A DNA stretch of 64,000 nt from Promethearchaeota archaeon (GTDB taxonomy: Archaea > Asgardarchaeota > Lokiarchaeia > Sigyniarchaeales > SOKP01): positions 141,439-205,438 of the forward strand of contig JAHPZA010000001.1 of NCBI GenBank assembly GCA_019058445.1, read 5' to 3'. The notes beneath the pieces were generated by a model. It was not told the DNA's origin, ran no database searches, and saw only the letters and a list, made by a program, of their open reading frames with translations. How positions within the stretch are numbered: position 1 is the stretch's first letter; each line of letters opens with the position of its first letter. Both the position numbers and the translations under genes were made by a program. This document shows, one piece after another, positions 42,567 to 53,037 of this stretch.

Positions 42567-43037
42567 TTATTCCTCTTGTTTATGGATGTCAGCAATGGTA
42601 AGATTAAATCTCTTAAGTATTTTAGGATCGATTTTTAAACCATGATAAGGGGTGCCAGCGGAGCCTAAGATGAAATCTTTTGTAATTACCTTTTTATCTA
42701 TATATACTGGCATTTTGTTTATAACAGAAATAGGAGGAACGCCTCCAATTGAATATCCCGTACTCTCTTTTATGAGTTTTTCAGAGGCAAACGTGAATTT
42801 TTTCATTTGTGATATGGTTTCTAACTTTTTTAGATCTAACTGTTGGTTTCCTAAGAGAATTACAGATAAAAGATCTCCCTTTTTAGATTTCAATATCAAA
42901 CATTTAATTATATTCTCAAGAGGAATATTGAGTGCTTTTGCGATATTCTCAGAGTGCGTCCCATTTATGTTTTCATGTTCTATAATTTCTCCATTGATAC
43001 CTAAATCGGACATTATAATTTTTGTTTTCTCAATCAT
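42567..43037 (-). CDS. YbaK/EbsC-family aminoacyl-tRNA deacylase
   Basis: IIKCL, TGYSIGGVPP, SAG. Confidence 0.9.
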   Translation of the reverse strand: MIEKTKIIMSDLGINGEIIEHENINGTHSENIAKALNIPLENIIKCLILKSKKGDLLSVILLGNQQLDLKKLETISQMKKFTFASEKLIKESTGYSIGGVPPISVINKMPVYIDKKVITKDFILGSAGTPYHGLKIDPKILKRFNLTIADIHKQEE

Positions 43038-43760
43038 TTTACACAGGGTAAAGGATACTTATTTTAAGATTATAGCATATATGCAGATAACGCGACTATT
43101 TCTTATCTTAAGGTTGTTGTCAATTACGAATATATTCCTATTACTATTTTCCATTCAATCTAAAAGATCTTACCAATAATATTTTTTGTTTTTTTCTATT
43201 TAAAATTACTTACTCTTTTTTCCAAATTTAGTTTTATTAAAATGCGAAAAAACATTTTAGCATAAAAAATGAGAGGAGACTCCTAGCACATCAACCTGAT
43301 TACCAGGTCAGAAAAAAAGAGGATAAATAAGATAAATTTAGTGCGAAGATTTGTACACTAACCAAAAGACAAAAATCTAGAATGTGATAGGAGTCATTTT
43401 TAATTTTTTTTTGAATTCTGAGGTGATTTGTTTTCTATTATTTTTCCTCCATGAGAATAATCTAATTCGATGTTTTTTGTCCTTATCTAAAATATTTTTA
43501 ATTACTTTTACCTCTACTAAATTTAAATCTTTCATATAGTTAGGATCGAGAAATAACTCGATTTTATCCTTGTTTACTTTTTTTATTCCAAATCACCTTA
43601 CATATCCCATTCTAGACCTACCTATAAAAAAAGCGATATTTTTTATGCTACACTCTAATGAACAGAAATCAATTCTAATAAGTTCGGCAAGTTCACATTT
43701 TACACCCACCATAAATTAAATAAAACATTTTTTAAATTTCGGAATAATTTAAAATATATC

Positions 43761-44936
43761 ATGGATCTTTCTAACATCACTAAAGTTTTTTCTGAATCTG
43801 TTATCCGTGAAATGACGCGTATAGCCAATGAACATCCGGGATGTATCAATCTGGCTCAAGGCTTTCCTGATTTTTCAGCACCTGAGTCAATCAAAAATGC
43901 CGCAATTGAAGCAATTCGAGCAGATATAAACCAGTATGCGATAACATGGGGTTCTGTATCGCTAAGAAATGCTATTGCCGAAAAAATAACTGAATATAAT
44001 AAATTAAAATTTGTGGATCCTGCAAAAAATATTACAGTCACCTGCGGCTCAACAGAAGCAATGCTCTCTTCAATGAAAGCCATTATAAATCCTGGTGACG
44101 AAGTAATCATATTTGAACCATTTTATGAAAATTATGGTCCTGATTGTCTATTATCTGGAGCTACTCCTCGTTACATTATGTTAAATCCTCCTGATTGGAA
44201 GTTCGAGTTTGATGAGCTTGAACAACTTTTTAATGAGAGAACAAAAGCAATAATAATTAATACTCCAAATAATCCTACTGGAAAGGTATTTAATCAAAAA
44301 GAATTGAAATTTATCGCAGATTTATGTCTAACCTATGACTGTATTGCGATTACCGATGAGATTTATGAACATATATTATTTGATGATCATAAGCATATTT
44401 CCATAGCATCCTTGTCTGATATGGAAAATAATTCAATTACCATTAATTCCATATCTAAAACATACTCCCTTACTGGCTGGAGAGTTGGTTGGGCCGTTGC
44501 GAGTGAAAAAATAACCAATGAACTTAAAAAAGTTCATGATTTCCTAACAGTTGGGGCTCCAGCTCCGCTTCAAGATGCAGCAGCATTTGCACTTTCTCTT
44601 GGTGACGACTATTATAAATGGCTTGGAGATTTCTATCAACATGCTAGAGATAAGCTCTTCAACGCTCTAAAACAAACATCTCTTAATCCAATTAAACCAG
44701 ATGGAGCCTATTACATTATAACGAATTGTGAAGATTATATGGATCAATATTGTCTTCAAGATTCAACTGATTTAGCTATACATTTGGTAAAAAACATAGG
44801 TATTGCAACCGTACCTGGTTCCTCATTTTATGCGGATCCTAAAAGTGGTCAATATCAAACCCGTTTTTGTTTTTGTAAAAAAGAAGAGACATTACAATCA
44901 GCAACCCAATGTCTTAATAAGATAAGACATAAATAA
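43761..44936 (+). CDS. Class I/II PLP aminotransferase (YbdL/kynurenine aminotransferase-like)
   Basis: INLAQGFPDF, NTPNNPTG, DEIY, SKTYSLTGWRVG. Confidence 0.92.
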   Translation: MDLSNITKVFSESVIREMTRIANEHPGCINLAQGFPDFSAPESIKNAAIEAIRADINQYAITWGSVSLRNAIAEKITEYNKLKFVDPAKNITVTCGSTEAMLSSMKAIINPGDEVIIFEPFYENYGPDCLLSGATPRYIMLNPPDWKFEFDELEQLFNERTKAIIINTPNNPTGKVFNQKELKFIADLCLTYDCIAITDEIYEHILFDDHKHISIASLSDMENNSITINSISKTYSLTGWRVGWAVASEKITNELKKVHDFLTVGAPAPLQDAAAFALSLGDDYYKWLGDFYQHARDKLFNALKQTSLNPIKPDGAYYIITNCEDYMDQYCLQDSTDLAIHLVKNIGIATVPGSSFYADPKSGQYQTRFCFCKKEETLQSATQCLNKIRHK

Positions 44937-45043
44937 AAGACATTTAATCTCTATTTATAGGTGAAAAACCAATTTACTCGCTCCAGGTAATGCCGAGATT
45001 CAATTTCTTAAAGTTTTAAATCAATCAAACTTTACATTTATTA

Positions 45044-46180
45044 ATGGACTCATTTTTTAGAGAATCTTACAATTACTTAGCTAGAAAAATAGAAGACGCT
45101 TTAAAGAGCGTAAATAAGAGAGTAATGCAATCTTGTTTAGATATTTTAGATAATGGAAAACAAGAAAAACGTGTTACAATTGATGGAGCTGGTAGATCAT
45201 TACAAAGCGCCTTATTACTCGCTAATGAGTTAGAAAACTTATATGGGATTCGAGTTAACCAAGTTAATAATGCAAATCTAAGACCTTTAAGAAAAGGAGA
45301 TATATTCATAGTAAATTCTCGATCAGGGTCAGGAAAATCCACTAGAGATGCTGAATTTGCAGTAAAAAAGGGGTTAAGCGTTATCTATATAACAGGAAAC
45401 CCAGAACTGGAGGAGAAATTTGAAAATGTAATTCTTATCAAGGGAGATATCAATCATGAAAGAAAATATGCCCCTCTTGGGACTGAATTCGAACAAGCAA
45501 GTGCGATTTTATGCTCATGTATGGGATATGCCTATAATAAATCCGATAAAATGAAAGCTTTTAATATTATTTGTAAAACGGTAATAAATGGGTTATATTC
45601 AAATCTTCAGGAACTGGAAAAACAAGAAAAGCCAATTGCGAGTTACACTTCATTAATAAACGATTTTTTAGACGTTAAAAATGACAGGGTGATTTATTTT
45701 AAAGGAGCAGGGATAAATGATATCATCTCAAGAGTAATTGCAATAAGATATGGTCATTTACATAAAGAAAATTTGAAAGATTTACACGTAGTATATGAGG
45801 GTCATTGGAAAAGTAGAAAGAAGGATGATTTAGCCGTCTTGATAAGCGGGAGTGGGGAGACAGATCAAATCCTAAAATATGCGCAGCAAGCGGGTGATGT
45901 TGGAATGAAGTTGTTTACCATAACCTCATTTAAGCAATCGAATTTAGCAAGAACTAATAAGTGGTATCGTAAATATCAAGGAAATTTAATAATTGAAGGT
46001 CGACCTGAGATGATTAGTTATTATAATAAATCAATCCATAAGGTAACTAAGACGTTCTTCCCTCAATTTGAATTAAACACTTATATTACACTTGATGCTT
46101 TATTAGCTTTAATCGCAAACCATAATGACATTACGGAAGAGGATATGAAAAAAACGCATAGAGATAAGGAGTTAGAATAG
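45044..46180 (+). CDS. Tandem-SIS-domain protein, 6-phospho-3-hexuloisomerase-like
   Basis: GAGRS..SRSGS..APLGTEFE, and a second SIS domain with ISGSGET..FE. Confidence 0.75.
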   Translation: MDSFFRESYNYLARKIEDALKSVNKRVMQSCLDILDNGKQEKRVTIDGAGRSLQSALLLANELENLYGIRVNQVNNANLRPLRKGDIFIVNSRSGSGKSTRDAEFAVKKGLSVIYITGNPELEEKFENVILIKGDINHERKYAPLGTEFEQASAILCSCMGYAYNKSDKMKAFNIICKTVINGLYSNLQELEKQEKPIASYTSLINDFLDVKNDRVIYFKGAGINDIISRVIAIRYGHLHKENLKDLHVVYEGHWKSRKKDDLAVLISGSGETDQILKYAQQAGDVGMKLFTITSFKQSNLARTNKWYRKYQGNLIIEGRPEMISYYNKSIHKVTKTFFPQFELNTYITLDALLALIANHNDITEEDMKKTHRDKELE

Positions 46181-46212
46181 AAAGAGTTTAATATATAAAT
46201 AAAACGTACTTC

Positions 46213-46458
46213 TTGAAAATTAGAATTAAGATGGAACAATTTCAAATTGCAAGAGTACGACCTCCCACGGAAAATTTTAGTTTAGCAATAAATACTTATT
46301 TTTTTTGTCCATGGGGCAAATGCACTTTTTGCCCGAATAATTTATTTCATGAAACAATCAAATTTAGGAGGAGGACATTAGAAGAAATAAAAAATGATAT
46401 TGATAACGCAGCCCTTCTTAATAAAAGTCTTTTAAAAAGAGAAACCTCGATCTTTTAA
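46213..46458 (+). pseudogene. Truncated radical SAM N-terminal fragment
   Basis: RPPTE..CPWGKCTFC followed by an early stop (81 aa). Confidence 0.65.
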
Positions 46459-46498
46459 TAGTTGATTGTAAAACATTTGGTAGTTCATCTATGAATGA

Positions 46499-46921
46499 AT
46501 GGTTTGGCGGATGAACTCAATACCGCGTAAAGCCACGATATCAACAATGGGGAAAAAAAGGAGTAGATACATGGAAAGTCAATCTCAAGAAAAAGAAAAG
46601 AAAGATACAAAAAAAAAGAAGAAAAAGAAAGATTCTATTGTAACCTCATGCAGATGGCGAAAGGATATTTACAGAATTGAGGAATGGAAAACGCTGATTA
46701 AAGGCGATATGAAGAAACTGAAAAAACGCTATTATACGCTCTTTAATAGGGGAGTACAACCAAACGATATACAAGGCGGAGTATTGTATGACCAATTAGC
46801 AGAGAAATTAGTGTTATTGATGATTAAAGCGAAGATCAATTCGGACGAGTACGGGATTGCGATCACCCACGATGAAGTACAGCCAATCATTAACAAACTG
46901 AAGGAAGGTGGGGTACTATAG
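46499..46921 (+). CDS. Hypothetical basic protein
   Basis: 140 aa ORF; start uncertain. Confidence 0.5.
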   Translation: MVWRMNSIPRKATISTMGKKRSRYMESQSQEKEKKDTKKKKKKKDSIVTSCRWRKDIYRIEEWKTLIKGDMKKLKKRYYTLFNRGVQPNDIQGGVLYDQLAEKLVLLMIKAKINSDEYGIAITHDEVQPIINKLKEGGVL

Positions 46922-46989
46922 ATTTTGCACAATGGGTTCTCAATGAAAAAGAGAGGCAGGAGAGAGAGAAGCAAGAAAAGGAACGCGAT

Positions 46990-47637
46990 ATGAATCCGCA
47001 AAGCGAAGAGACTTCAAAAAAACTACAAAAAATTGCGAGATTTAGAAGTTTTAGCTCATATCCCCCTCCCTCACCCTCCGATAGTACTAAACCAACTATC
47101 AAGCAAAATGCCCCTGCGTTAAAACCACCCCCAGCACAGGATAAGAATAATATCATCCCTATGCGAACAGTGAAAGTGAAATGCCCCATTTGTAGCGCAC
47201 AAAAAGAGATTGACATACCAGAAAGTGTTATTAACCATAGTAAACAACTGGCAACTGTGTCGATCAATCCGCACTCGGTATGTAATCATTCTTTTCAAAT
47301 CTTTATTGACAAGAATTTTAAAGTACGCGGGTATCAGAAACCAGAATACGAAGTGAACGGGACGGGGCAGACAAAAAAAGAAGATGCCAAATTTGAGAGA
47401 ATGCAAAAAGTATTTGCGGGAATTCAACATCTAAAAGACTATGATAAAGCCAAAGAGAAGAAGAATATCCCTAAGAATAGGGCAGATGAACACACATCTA
47501 CCCTTGAACAGAGGATACAACAGAAGAAAATGACATTAGAAGACATTTACGAGATATTTTGGCAGGATATAGACGATGAGAACCGAGAATTTCGAGAATT
47601 TATTGTCAAAGATCCACGACGTGAGACGAGATCCTAA
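46990..47637 (+). CDS. Hypothetical protein with CPIC..CNH..DKNFKVRGYQ zinc domain
   Basis: Domain paralogous to 41499-42392. Confidence 0.72.
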   Translation: MNPQSEETSKKLQKIARFRSFSSYPPPSPSDSTKPTIKQNAPALKPPPAQDKNNIIPMRTVKVKCPICSAQKEIDIPESVINHSKQLATVSINPHSVCNHSFQIFIDKNFKVRGYQKPEYEVNGTGQTKKEDAKFERMQKVFAGIQHLKDYDKAKEKKNIPKNRADEHTSTLEQRIQQKKMTLEDIYEIFWQDIDDENREFREFIVKDPRRETRS

Positions 47638-47736
47638 TATAGAGGGAATTGAAATTCTCATATCTTTTATATAAAAGAATGACCTAATAAGAAATATAAA
47701 TCCTAAAAAGCGTTAGATGAATTTTTAGTAAATAAG

Positions 47737-47940
47737 GTGTCGTATATAACCTATAAAGGACAAAGATATTATGTAAAAGATGGAGATTTAAGACTCAGTT
47801 CTTTAGGTATAAGTGATATAAGTGAGATAGATGGATTGGAAACATTTACTAATCTACAAGGATTACATCTTCGGGATAATTCAAAATTGGAGATAAAAAG
47901 ATTGGAGAAGCTTACTGATCTACAAGCACTATTAAATTAG
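47737..47940 (+). pseudogene. Leucine-rich-repeat protein fragment
   Basis: LRLSSLGISDISEIDGLETFTNLQGLHLRDN; only 67 aa. Confidence 0.6.
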
Positions 47941-48019
47941 AAATAAAATCATAAATAAGATTTTTTCTTTATTCGTAATTAATTATACTTCTAAAATAAT
48001 AAAATACTTCTATTAAATT

Positions 48020-48235
48020 ATGTCACGTTCTAAGCCATATGTGGATAAGGATGAAGAACTCACAGAAAAAGAGAAAAGAATGGTAGTTATTGGACTGATA
48101 TTACTTATACTTGGTCTTTTTATTGCTTTACTTTTTTCTGATTTTGTATATGTAGGACTTGCTTTATTTTGTATTGACATTTGTCTTGCACTTGTTTTTG
48201 GCAGTAAGGGAGGGGTTTCTAAATTTGATTTTTAA
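48020..48235 (+). CDS. Small 2-TM membrane protein
   Basis: Two hydrophobic helices. Confidence 0.55.
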   Translation: MSRSKPYVDKDEELTEKEKRMVVIGLILLILGLFIALLFSDFVYVGLALFCIDICLALVFGSKGGVSKFDF

Positions 48236-48839
48236 AAGCTACGAAGTGGAAATAAAATGACTGATGACGAGATAATATTATGGGAAAAACAATTTCTAGA
48301 TTTTTTCAAAAGTTCAAAATTTTTATATGATTTCAATCTTTAGGAGAATCTTCAATCGCTCTCTGAAAATTCTCAAAAAAAAAAGACAAGACTCAAATGC
48401 ATTTAAATACATCATTTCTTATGATCTTATATAGAAAACGACGTGCGAGGGGTTATGCCACATAAACATTATTGAGAAAATTAAAAAAAATAGTATGAAA
48501 AGCGCCATCCTTATCGCTATTATAAAAAACCTTATCGTATTTGCGATCCAACTAAATTTTCTTGTGTTACTTTGATTCTTTTTTCATTATTAGTTATATT
48601 TGGTCAGAATGTATTGATGTTACTAATTCTATTAATAATCCTATTTATTTGGTCAGTTTTATTTATCCTATTATTATTTTTTTTTAGTGAGAGAAAAAGT
48701 CCAGAGGAAATAGAACCAGAAGAAAAATAAAAAATATTTTATATTACACTTTTTGAGAATTTGTAGTACTTTTTTATTTTGCAGGATGAAATTTAAAATT
48801 ATTATTCCTTCAAATATGTATAAAAAGAAATAAGAGAAA

Positions 48840-49307
48840 ATGGCTCTTAAACTTTATATAGCTTCCATTGAAGAGAAAGAGAAGATTTATAATGCGTTGA
48901 TTGAATATTCCAAAGAACTTAAGCAATTTCAAGAACATACGTCAAGAGAGATTGCATCAGAGAAATATTTTGATGATTATTGGACCGAATCACAGAGGTT
49001 TCCTATAGTTGTATATGACGACGATAAGTTGATTGGATTTTGTTTACTTAGAAGTGAGAAAAACTATTACAGTATAGCAGAATTTTATATAAAACCAAAG
49101 TTCAGACGTTTTGGCTATGGTACAAAACTATTAAATTTTACACTAGAGTTCTGTAAAAGGAGGGGAATTCATAGTTCCATCATTGCTATTTCATTGGTAA
49201 AGAATATAAGAGCAAATGATTTTTGGATAGTCAATGGTTTTATTAGATATAAAGAGGTTTTTCTTGAAAATGAGAGGTATAATTGCAATTTAAAGGAATT
49301 GATTTAA
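48840..49307 (+). CDS. GNAT-family acetyltransferase
   Basis: IAEFYIKPKFRRFGYG..N..A..FW. Confidence 0.88.
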   Translation: MALKLYIASIEEKEKIYNALIEYSKELKQFQEHTSREIASEKYFDDYWTESQRFPIVVYDDDKLIGFCLLRSEKNYYSIAEFYIKPKFRRFGYGTKLLNFTLEFCKRRGIHSSIIAISLVKNIRANDFWIVNGFIRYKEVFLENERYNCNLKELI

Positions 49308-49382
49308 AATTTAATGATTTTAGGAAATATGAAAAAATAAAATCTATCGAATATTTATGTAAAAATAAACGTTAAATGTGAA

Positions 49383-50849
49383 ATGAAAATGGCAGATTTT
49401 GAACCTAAAATTGTAAGTAAAGAAGAATTGAGTAGAATCTCTGCTGATGTAAATCCAGAAGAATTATTACTATTTGACGATCATTGTTTAAATGTCCACT
49501 ATGAATCAAAAGTATTACTTGGAGCAAAAGAGCCGGGATCACCCTGGGTGGTAACGAAAGATATTAAAACCGGAGAGAAAGCGGAGATTCTTGATTGCAC
49601 CTCACAAAATTGGACTTTAGCATTGGGATTCGCCCATCCTGACGTAAATTATGCGGTCACCGAACAAATGAAAAGACTCACTCATGTCAAATCCGCTGGT
49701 GTTTCTCCTGCTCGAGCCAAATTTGCAAATAAATTATCCGAATTGGTCCCAGGAAGATTGAAAGGTGGCAGAGTTCATGTTAATAATTCAGGGGGTAGTT
49801 TAGCACTTGAAGCTGCAATAAAGCTCGCGCTAGTCGCAGGTAAAGGAGCGGATCAATTATTAGTGTTCAGGGGCGGATATCACGGGAATACATTAGCCAT
49901 GATAACCGCGTCACAACCAATTCATACCGTAACGCGATTTCGCCCATTTGGAGTGGATAGATTCGTTCGTTGTCCCCAACCGTATTGCTATAGATGTATG
50001 TGGAACTATAAAAATGGTTTGTATGGTAAAAAAGACCCTCAATGTAATTTGGAATGCTTTAATTTAGTGAAAGAATATTTACGGGGATTATCCTCAAGAA
50101 AAATAGCTGGAGTGATCTTAGAAGTATGTCAAGCAGCAGGGGGTCATATTCCTTTTCCGCCAGAGTTTCTGTTGAAATTAAGAGAAGTATGTGATGAAGA
50201 AAAGATTCTCATTATTTATGATGAGTCCCAAACAGCAGTTTGGAGGTCTGGAAAATATTTCTCTCTCACAGAGAGATATGAAAAGGAATTAAGTATTGAT
50301 GTGTCTCCTGATATGATGTGTTTTACGAAAGCCATTGGAGGAGGTTTCCCGTTAGGCGCGATGATCGCAAGCCCAAAGATTAAAAAGAGATTTAGTCCCT
50401 CAGAAGATCATACCACTTTTTCTAATACCCCAATAGGAATGACAGCTGGCCTAGCAGCATTTAAAGTTATTGAGCAAGGGAAAATTAATGAAAATTGTGA
50501 GAAGAGAGGCAAACAAATCACAAAGAGATTAAAAGAACTCCAAGAAAAATATGAAGTTATAGGAGATATTCGTGGACCAGGATTATTCATAGGAATTGAA
50601 TTAGTTAAAAACAAAGAATCAAGAGAACCTTTTTCAGAATTACTACAGGAAATGCTCGCTGAGGGAATAAAACAGAATATATTCTTTGGACCTAGCATGC
50701 CGTATTTAACCGGAACCGGGAAAATTATCATGCATAATCTAATTAAAATTAAACCTCCATTAGTAATTACTGAAGAAGATGCAGATTACATCTGTGAAAA
50801 ATTTGAAAGTGTGCTGAAAGCCTCACTACATACTCTTGACTTCAAGTAA
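49383..50849 (+). CDS. Class III PLP aminotransferase
   Basis: GGYHGNT, DESQT, KAIGGGFPLG, IRGPGLFIG. Confidence 0.92.
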   Translation: MKMADFEPKIVSKEELSRISADVNPEELLLFDDHCLNVHYESKVLLGAKEPGSPWVVTKDIKTGEKAEILDCTSQNWTLALGFAHPDVNYAVTEQMKRLTHVKSAGVSPARAKFANKLSELVPGRLKGGRVHVNNSGGSLALEAAIKLALVAGKGADQLLVFRGGYHGNTLAMITASQPIHTVTRFRPFGVDRFVRCPQPYCYRCMWNYKNGLYGKKDPQCNLECFNLVKEYLRGLSSRKIAGVILEVCQAAGGHIPFPPEFLLKLREVCDEEKILIIYDESQTAVWRSGKYFSLTERYEKELSIDVSPDMMCFTKAIGGGFPLGAMIASPKIKKRFSPSEDHTTFSNTPIGMTAGLAAFKVIEQGKINENCEKRGKQITKRLKELQEKYEVIGDIRGPGLFIGIELVKNKESREPFSELLQEMLAEGIKQNIFFGPSMPYLTGTGKIIMHNLIKIKPPLVITEEDADYICEKFESVLKASLHTLDFK

Positions 50850-51239
50850 ATTTTAAATTCATAAAAAAGAAATTTATTCTTTTTTTCCTATTATTTTAGT
50901 TTTTTAAAATTGGGTTACGTCTTCAATTATTATTATACCATGTGTACCATCAAACTTATATAATAAGGAGCCTTTTAATGATTCAATGAGACGAGTAACT
51001 TTAGTCGCACCGACTAGAAGAATGGATACACTGTCTTGCACTAGGCAAGTAGCAGCACCAAATATCCATTAGATCATTCAAACCCGTCTCTATTGATTTC
51101 TCTACTTTTTATCATTATATTCTCTGAATACTCCTCGTAATTTTAAGTTCTAAGGGGCGGGTTTAGAAATATTATATCTAAGAAAGATCTAACTCCCTCA
51201 TAACAAAAAAACATTAAAAAAAAAGGAGGTGGAAAGAAA

Positions 51240-51362
51240 ATGAATAAGAAAAAAAATAAAAACTTAGAAGAAATCTTGCAATCTCTTAATAATGACGAGG
51301 TGCTTGTTCTCTCGTACTCGTCAAAGGAGGATGAGGAGGATAAAAAGGATAATGATAATTAA
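51240..51362 (+). CDS. Putative 40 aa small protein (MNKKKNKNLEEILQSL...DNDN)
   Basis: Strong AGGAGGT SD just upstream of ATG 51240; below the ORF-track length cutoff. Confidence 0.5.
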   Translation: MNKKKNKNLEEILQSLNNDEVLVLSYSSKEDEEDKKDNDN

Positions 51363-51654
51363 AACTTGATCTTCGTATTTTATCACCACATTTTCTCAAT
51401 TTTTTCTTCAATGTAATCCTCTGAAAACTTGAATTCTTTATAAATATAAACATCAACAATCCTAAGAGAATGATAAAATAATTTTTCTTTATTTTTAGAA
51501 TAAATTTTTGCTCCAAATGCCTCAGCATTTTATTATAAAAAATATTGTCATTATGTAGCAAGATTTTAATAAAATTGGGGCAAAGCAGATTGGATAAATA
51601 CTCTCTTATCTTAATTCTAAAAGTATTAATATTTTATAGACCATAGAAGATAGT

Positions 51655-52221
51655 ATGAAATTTCAAAGTTTACTTGAAAAACCATCAGATAAAATATTAT
51701 TGATAACATTTATTCTCAGTTTTATAATGACATGGGTCTTTGTATTCTTTATTTTCGCCCCACTGCTTGCTCAATTTCCTCCAGGAGCAGGACTTATGGA
51801 TATGAAAGCTGCTTGGACCAAGAAAAACATGGACAAGATTATTGCTATATGGAAAAAAGAGTCTCTCTCACGTTATATTGAATTAATGACGTTTGTAAAT
51901 AATATAGATTTTGTTTTTATGTTTGTATACGGTTGGGCTGTATTCAGCGGATTATTACTGGTAGCTCGTCAATTAAAGGATTCAGAGAAGCTTCAAAAGT
52001 TTTATCTTAACCTATCAATAGTAGCTTGGGTGAGTGTATTATTCGATGTAATTGAGGGCATTTTTATTGCAATTATACTTCTCGATCCCTCGAATATTAC
52101 AGAAACTTCAGCCATAGGCGTTTCTTTATCGGCAACCCTTTGTATCATCGTATTATATAGCTGTGTGTTTCTCTGGATTATTGGATTACTAATCGTATTA
52201 GTAAAGCACTTGAAAAAATAA
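51655..52221 (+). CDS. Membrane protein
   Basis: ~4 hydrophobic segments, with DFVF and DVIE motifs. Confidence 0.7.
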   Translation: MKFQSLLEKPSDKILLITFILSFIMTWVFVFFIFAPLLAQFPPGAGLMDMKAAWTKKNMDKIIAIWKKESLSRYIELMTFVNNIDFVFMFVYGWAVFSGLLLVARQLKDSEKLQKFYLNLSIVAWVSVLFDVIEGIFIAIILLDPSNITETSAIGVSLSATLCIIVLYSCVFLWIIGLLIVLVKHLKK

Positions 52222-52295
52222 GAGATACAATCGAGATTTCTGGTCGAAAATCAAAATTTCCAAAATTTTTTATTTTTTAAGAATAAACATATAAT

Positions 52296-52691
52296 ATGTT
52301 TCAAACTATGGATCTTTTAACTCTATTACTGATAATATTAACAGTAGCCGTCATTGCAGCAGTTATAAATTTTATTATTGGAATGGTAGTCATGCTACGA
52401 ATGACTTCCTTAAAAGGATTAACTAAAGAAAAAAAGCCCGCCATAATTTTAAACACCATCTGGAGTATAGTCGTGTTTGTGTTCAGTTTCTCCCCTTATC
52501 TTTATATTATTGCATTTATAGTTAATCTAATTATTGGCCTGATTGCTTTAAGTTCGGATGAATTTTACGGGATAAAACGTTTTGGAAGACGTATAAAAAT
52601 CCTGTTTGCGGTTTTAATAATACAGTTTGTAATTATTATCGTAGCCTACATTATAATCGTGTTTATAATTTTTGCTTATTTACTTGGTTGA
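52296..52691 (+). CDS. Membrane protein
   Basis: Highly hydrophobic 131 aa ORF. Confidence 0.65.
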   Translation: MFQTMDLLTLLLIILTVAVIAAVINFIIGMVVMLRMTSLKGLTKEKKPAIILNTIWSIVVFVFSFSPYLYIIAFIVNLIIGLIALSSDEFYGIKRFGRRIKILFAVLIIQFVIIIVAYIIIVFIIFAYLLG

Positions 52692-53037
52692 ATTAAATTT
52701 TTTCAATTAGTTTCCTTTAGGATCATATTCTAGAAAAAAGCTGAACTAAATAATAATTTCATATCTTTATAGAGTTCTCTTCAATACTAATATGCCCTTG
52801 TTTGCTTAATATTCTCGCGTTTTATCTAAGGATGATATAATAAAATAGAGTTATATCCCTCTAATTTTTAAGTTTTTAAGAACAAAACAAAAAAAATGAG
52901 AGCCAAATCTTAACTCACAAAGATGCAATCCTCATATTATCTCCAGATTATTGACGATATATTTATTAATGGGGCTGAAACTGAAATATTGTGATACAAA
53001 ATTAAAATAAAATTTTAACATAAATTTATCGAGATAT

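Noticed and set aside
43400-43610. Possible selenoprotein: minus-strand ATG-GGA-TAT-GTA-AGG-TGA frame followed by a 3' stem-loop
   Set aside because: The TGA is part of a GGTGA SD-like motif common in this genome, there is no redox-motif context, and the structure lacks the SECIS GA/GA kink-turn.
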